Shown one piece after another: positions 37,519 to 41,768 of a stretch of 41,768 bases of DNA. Positions within the stretch are counted from its first letter, which is position 1. Every line of letters begins with the position of its first letter. Where the stretch lies: positions 1 through 41,768 of IMG/VR virus record IMGVR_UViG_3300011443_000026, one strand, 5' to 3'. Origin of the DNA: a virus (lineage: Duplodnaviria; Caudoviricetes). Both the position numbers and the translations under genes were made by a program. The notes under the pieces are model-generated. The model was not told the origin of the DNA. It ran no database searches and worked only from the letters and a program-made list of their open reading frames with translations.

Positions 37519-37833
37519 ATGTTTGCTCCCAAGATCCAAAAGTTAATCAAGGATCAGTTGGCTGCGGATGATCATCTTCCTGCCTACGCATGGCCTGGAG
37601 GCTATCCTATCTTTTATATGGATGCCGAGACCAATGTTCTTTGTCCCAAATGTGCGTGGAAAGATAAAGATGATGAATATCGCATCATTACTGATTACGA
37701 AATTAACTGGGAAGATCCAGATCTGTTCTGCGAAGAGTGCAATGAGGTAATTGAATCTGCCTATGCAGATGATAATTATGCTCATGACAATCGCACGGAA
37801 TGGAATGATATGCACATGGCGGATGACGACTAA
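37519..37833 (+). CDS. Acidic protein with two CxxC pairs
   Basis: AWPGGYP, CPKC and CEEC; TTCAAGAAAGGA RBS. Confidence 0.7.
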   Translation: MFAPKIQKLIKDQLAADDHLPAYAWPGGYPIFYMDAETNVLCPKCAWKDKDDEYRIITDYEINWEDPDLFCEECNEVIESAYADDNYAHDNRTEWNDMHMADDD

Positions 37834-38243
37834 TGCGTAAATCTACAATCCACCCCGCATATAAGAACATGACGGATGCACAGCTCAAAGAGTACATCCG
37901 TCACAAACTGGAATCCCATCCACATTGGGCAAGACGTGCCTTGCTTGCGCTGTACGATGAACAGACAGATGCTGAAAAGGAAGACCCTACCGTCCACGAA
38001 AGTAATGGTTATGGATTTTCCCCACAGGATCAGGAATTTCTCACATCATTAGCGCAGCAAGCTCTGCGAGACCAAACCTTCTCGATGAAACAATTGGGAT
38101 GGCTCTATACTCTTCTTCCTAAGTATTCGGGTCAGCTCGTAAAGTTGATCCGGCAACAGCAAACGGAAGATGAAATCTCTATCGATCTTAATCGTGAAAG
38201 ACAATGGGAGAAACCCGATGAAGATGAAAGCGAAGGGGATTAA
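37833..38243 (+). CDS. Conserved-looking phage hypothetical protein
   Basis: RALLALY..QT..E, NG.GF...D..FLTSLA, S.KQ, KY..QL pattern. Confidence 0.7.
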   Translation: MRKSTIHPAYKNMTDAQLKEYIRHKLESHPHWARRALLALYDEQTDAEKEDPTVHESNGYGFSPQDQEFLTSLAQQALRDQTFSMKQLGWLYTLLPKYSGQLVKLIRQQQTEDEISIDLNRERQWEKPDEDESEGD

Positions 38244-38511
38244 GTACATCCCGCCCACTCCTACGCATGAAGTTCTTATGCGCTGCGAGAACGATGACGA
38301 TACGGTAGCATTGTTTGCCGGAACCTGGAATGAGTGCTGCATCTACACTCAGGCTTACATAGATTCCACTCTGACGCACAGCAGCTACTATTATCTCAAC
38401 GAGCATGGGATACATACCCCGCAAGAATATGATCACATTCTACACTTCCGCTCACCTTTGGTAAGTGTAGATAACTTCGATCTCTGGATCGATACGGCCA
38501 AACCAGCATAG
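38170..38511 (+). CDS. Hypothetical protein, possible distant paralog of 35666-35947 (start probably ~38218)
   Basis: H.V......D....LFAG.......Y.Q..DS pattern shared with 35666-35947. Confidence 0.55.
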   Translation: MKSLSILIVKDNGRNPMKMKAKGIKYIPPTPTHEVLMRCENDDDTVALFAGTWNECCIYTQAYIDSTLTHSSYYYLNEHGIHTPQEYDHILHFRSPLVSVDNFDLWIDTAKPA

Positions 38512-38608
38512 TTCCACATAACCTACACTATTGAAGGATAGTGTAGGTACATTGTGTAGATATGCTACACAATCAAAAACTATTTGGTTTCAAGAAAGGA
38601 ACTACATC

Positions 38609-39643
38609 ATGGCTCACAACATCTTCAACGAACGCTTCTACTCCCTTCGCCAACCTGCTTGGCACGGACTCGGAACGATCGGTGAGGCGGAGCAGACCGC
38701 TACAGAGATTTTCAATGCGATGCAACCCTACATTGTGACTCTGGAACCGGTCTTCACAAAAGTTGGTAAGATCAAGTTACAGCTTCCCAACAATGTGATT
38801 ACCCGCCACCCAATCCCTGATGATCCCAATTTCCGTAGCTTTGGGATTGTTGGGCCGGACTATACAATGGTGGATCCGCTCCGCACTTGTGAAATCTGGG
38901 ACGAGGCAACGCAGAAGTCCGTTGAAACACTCGGTGTTCTGGGGCAAGGTGAGAGCATCTTCATCACCACCAAGTTACCATCCTTCAGTATTAAAGGCCG
39001 AAGTGATGGAGCAGGGGATGATGTTGATTCTTATCTGCTTCTTCACAGTCCATACGGGGATGGCGCTATCCAAGTTCGTGTTACGCCAGTTCGTGTGGTC
39101 TGCCAGAACACGCTGATCGCAGCCAAGTCTGCCAGCACCGAGAGTTTCAGAATCATCCACGATAAGGACGTCGAAAGTCGTCTGGCTGGTTGGATGACTG
39201 GAATTGTGCAACGTGCGGAGAGCAAGAGCGCAGCCCTGGCAGAAGTCTTCAACTATATGGCTTCCACAACGATCGACGACGAAACGGCAGAAGATGCCCT
39301 CAAGCGTATCTATGTGGATCCCCGTAAGCCCTCTTATGTTCCTGACCAAACGGTTATGGAGCGCAGGGAAAAGGCTTATGAAGCTGATGTGAAGGCTAAG
39401 GCAGGATGGCGGGAGCGTGTTATTGAAGACTGGCAAGGTCAGGGCATGGGCATGGATAGCGACGTCCTGAATGGTACGGTATGGGGTCTCTACAATGCAG
39501 TCGTAGAGATTGAAGATTATCGTCCTACCACAGGTGTCGTAGGTGATAGCCGTCAGTGGAACACACTGTTCGGCGATCGTAGCAAGACCAAGGAATTGGC
39601 TTACGAGCAGCTCTTCCAATATTGCATCGAGGCGAATACCTAA
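38609..39643 (+). CDS. DUF932/DUF945 (TIGR03299-like) phage/plasmid protein
   Basis: MAH, R.PAWHGLG, ETLGVL..G, TPVRVVCQNTL and GT.WG.YNAV.E motifs. Confidence 0.85.
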   Translation: MAHNIFNERFYSLRQPAWHGLGTIGEAEQTATEIFNAMQPYIVTLEPVFTKVGKIKLQLPNNVITRHPIPDDPNFRSFGIVGPDYTMVDPLRTCEIWDEATQKSVETLGVLGQGESIFITTKLPSFSIKGRSDGAGDDVDSYLLLHSPYGDGAIQVRVTPVRVVCQNTLIAAKSASTESFRIIHDKDVESRLAGWMTGIVQRAESKSAALAEVFNYMASTTIDDETAEDALKRIYVDPRKPSYVPDQTVMERREKAYEADVKAKAGWRERVIEDWQGQGMGMDSDVLNGTVWGLYNAVVEIEDYRPTTGVVGDSRQWNTLFGDRSKTKELAYEQLFQYCIEANT

Positions 39644-39906
39644 TGCCACGCTCAGGAAGACCCGCATACAAATCAGAATACACACCGCTAGAGCGCAAGT
39701 ATAAGTTCATTCTAGCTTGGTGTAAGCTGGTCGATAGTCAGCAGTATTACATCGATAAGCAACTAAAAACGGCAGAAAGCACTAATGCGCCGCTAGAAGC
39801 TTATTCCCAACGACCGGATGGCACATGGCGCACCTTAGAGGATCTGGCTGCAACGGATCCCGGGACGGCAGCAGCTCTTCGGGAATGGGCGGCTTACGTA
39901 AGGTAA
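39643..39906 (+). CDS. Hypothetical protein
   Basis: TAATG coupling to the upstream gene. Confidence 0.6.
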   Translation: MPRSGRPAYKSEYTPLERKYKFILAWCKLVDSQQYYIDKQLKTAESTNAPLEAYSQRPDGTWRTLEDLAATDPGTAAALREWAAYVR

Positions 39907-40011
39907 GAAGTTCGTAAATTCAGACAGATGGCTCTCACGATGTGGGGGCCATTTGTCTGCATCATACGAGATGCAGAAAGAAAACCAATTCCAGAAAGGA
40001 CTAGATATGAA

Positions 40012-40920
40012 ATGAAACTGATACGTGACCGCTGGATGCCGATGTTTGCTCTAGCAAGACAGCTGGAACCCAGGGTTCTTAACTTAAGAACTAAAGAAGC
40101 TCCAGATATAATAGAGCAAGGCATGAAAGCGGATTATCGTGCGGCAGAAGCATTGATGGCAATATCAGAAACTATTGTGCTGCCGTCATCTGTTATGCTA
40201 GACCTAGTTCACAACATCGACAGGATCGATACTCGTGGATGGGTTAGGCTGCCGTATCCTTATGTTACCATTCAGTTCACCCACCCAATCTTAGAAACAG
40301 ATCTCATGGCGCATGAGGAAAAGAATGATCTCATGAAGACATTTGGTCTTAAGGAAGATATGGTGGAAGGGATTGTAATCGGTAACGCAGATCAGGACAA
40401 ACGTCCTTTTCCACCGCAACATGTATTCAACATGATGAACTGCTGTATACTCTTCCGCAGTACAAGTGTTAATCGTGTAGCATGGTTAGGAACAGATAAA
40501 CCTGCTCATCCCCACTGGCAGAACAGCACCTTCAAGGAAGCTAATCTGCCGCCCAACGCCAGGGAAAATAAGTACAGGATGATAGCGTTATGCTATGCGA
40601 TCAACCTGTTCTTAAACGCCCCCAACGTGATTGTTCAGCGTGAGAAGCCTGATCCCAAAGTTAATGCTAAACGCAAGAGCAAAGGAAAAGCCCTTCTGCC
40701 TGAATATCACACTGTTACAATTCAGAAGTTGCAAGTCAAGTACGAAGAACCTGGCGGGAAGACGGGAACGGCCCACACACGTATGTATCCTGTGCGTGGA
40801 CACTTCCGCAAACTCGCACAGTACGAAGATCCAATATGGATTCCAAACCATTTCAGGGGATTGAAGCATGGTCTTGAGAGTATGGTAAAGGAAGTCTATA
40901 GAGTCCCACCCAAGAAGTAG
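40012..40920 (+). CDS. Phage hypothetical protein with C-terminal VRGH.R...WI..H.RG motif
   Basis: CCAGAAAGGA RBS; LPYP and VRGHFR motifs. Confidence 0.75.
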   Translation: MKLIRDRWMPMFALARQLEPRVLNLRTKEAPDIIEQGMKADYRAAEALMAISETIVLPSSVMLDLVHNIDRIDTRGWVRLPYPYVTIQFTHPILETDLMAHEEKNDLMKTFGLKEDMVEGIVIGNADQDKRPFPPQHVFNMMNCCILFRSTSVNRVAWLGTDKPAHPHWQNSTFKEANLPPNARENKYRMIALCYAINLFLNAPNVIVQREKPDPKVNAKRKSKGKALLPEYHTVTIQKLQVKYEEPGGKTGTAHTRMYPVRGHFRKLAQYEDPIWIPNHFRGLKHGLESMVKEVYRVPPKK

Positions 40921-40948
40921 TTAGTAACGGATTGGTCGGTAGGGGAAT

Positions 40949-40977
40949 TTGCCTTGCCGCCTAATTCGTGCTATAAT
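40949..40977 (+). promoter_or_regulatory. Sigma70-type promoter
   Basis: TTGCCT - 17 nt - TATAAT with TG extended -10. Confidence 0.7.
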
Positions 40978-41029
40978 AAATCCTGTAGTTATTGCAGTCC
41001 CCACACAAACCAAGAAAGGTTTAACCACA

Positions 41030-41768
41030 ATGTCCGACCAAGTTCAGCCCAACATCGCCAGTCAAATCGAGGCCCTCGTTGCCGCTAAAGCAGCAGATGG
41101 TGAGTACACCACTGTTCGCTTCGCAGCCAAGCACCTGGGAATCAAGCAAGCCGATGTACGGCCAAACCTTCCCGAAGGAGCTACGCTTCTTCCCTCTAGC
41201 AATGGGTCACTCGGCGAAAGCCGTATCCAATTATCAACTGGAGAGGAGGAAGAGTATGTAGATGCAGATACTCTGCCTACCAACTCCAGCGAAAGCGGTG
41301 AAGAGGAAGTCGTTCAGGTAATGCTACCAAGAAAGACGAGGCGTGTTAAAGTGGAAACTGAACCGAAGGTACAAGAGCTTGATGCAGAAGGCAACCCCAT
41401 TCCGGAAGCGGAAAAGGTAATCTGCACCATCTGCGGCAATCCCGTTCGCAAGAATACCATCGTGCGACGTGGGATTTGTCCTCTCTGCTTCCGTCAGCTT
41501 GCCAAGAACGTAGGCATAAACGCTACGAAGTTGGAAAGCCTTACGGATGAGGAGTTTGAGATCGTAGTTGGTGAAGAGCTGAGCAAGCGTCGCAGTTTGG
41601 AAGAATACAAAGCCAGTCGTATTCTTACGGATGAGCAGATCAAGGCAATGGGGGAAAGCATTATCCCCGTCAAGCAAGTCTTTGCTGCCGCTAAAGCTGC
41701 CGGATACGGGCCTGGTCGTGTCGCTCAGGCAATGGGTGGCGATCGTTTCCGGCACGAACCTCTCGGTG
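41030..41768 (+). CDS. Hypothetical protein with zinc ribbon, truncated at window edge (missing from ORF track)
   Basis: CAAGAAAGGT RBS; frame MSDQVQPNIASQIEALV... open to the end; CTIC...CPLC. Confidence 0.75.
   Translation, partial: MSDQVQPNIASQIEALVAAKAADGEYTTVRFAAKHLGIKQADVRPNLPEGATLLPSSNGSLGESRIQLSTGEEEEYVDADTLPTNSSESGEEEVVQVMLPRKTRRVKVETEPKVQELDAEGNPIPEAEKVICTICGNPVRKNTIVRRGICPLCFRQLAKNVGINATKLESLTDEEFEIVVGEELSKRRSLEEYKASRILTDEQIKAMGESIIPVKQVFAAAKAAGYGPGRVAQAMGGDRFRHEPLG

Larger units (their letters stand above)
32726..40010 (+). promoter_or_regulatory. Family of ~12 intergenic double-hairpin plus (C/A)AGAAAGG RBS elements
   Basis: Near 32726, 33062, 33657, 33979, 34391, 34926, 35346, 36127, 36723, 37399, 38521 and 39921. 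The first seven share the GCAAA...TTTAC stem base; six share TCAGAAAGG. Confidence 0.85.

Noticed and set aside
38975-39685. 236 aa minus-strand ORF (also 41324-41755)
   Set aside because: Antisense shadows of well-supported plus-strand genes.
32726-40010. Integron attC cassette array
   Set aside because: No integron integrase in the window, and the stems lack a consistent RYYYAAC...GTTRRRY core. An RNA-structure reading fits better, though recombination is not excluded.
1-41768. Genome-wide GATC or restriction-site avoidance
   Set aside because: GATC and GAATTC occur outside the block, and palindromic sites are plentiful inside it.
1-41768. Stop-codon reassignment
   Set aside because: Conserved genes are full length in code 11 and end in TAA, TAG and TGA.

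Overview
About 42 kb of a tailed (siphovirus-like) dsDNA phage genome, with no integrase, tRNA or CRISPR seen. The endolysin architecture suggests a Chloroflexota host (inference). 1-11.6 kb (minus strand) is morphogenesis: terminase, portal, scaffold/protease, capsid, head-tail and tail genes, with two glycosyltransferases inserted and a probable +1 tail-chaperone frameshift. 11.7-27.5 kb (plus strand) holds replication genes (SNF2 helicase, Sak4-like ATPase, SSB, RuvC-like, PolA, primase-helicase), a nucleotide-modification cluster (Rossmann protein, dUTPase/MazG-HAD fusion, DUF1599-like, divergent ThyX), an endolysin, a PAPS-reductase-family gene and small membrane ORFs. The most striking feature is 27778-32399, a ~4.6 kb block almost free of the dinucleotide GA/TC. 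I found only 3 exceptions by eye, all inside apparently functional motifs. The block still carries genes, whose proteins have no Asp or Glu. GA/TC returns gradually across an array of small early-type genes (32.5-41.8 kb), most preceded by a conserved double-hairpin plus AGAAAGG ribosome-binding element. A short repeat island at 27.65-27.78 kb may be the physical genome end. Counts are by eye and family calls come from recognised motifs, not database searches.
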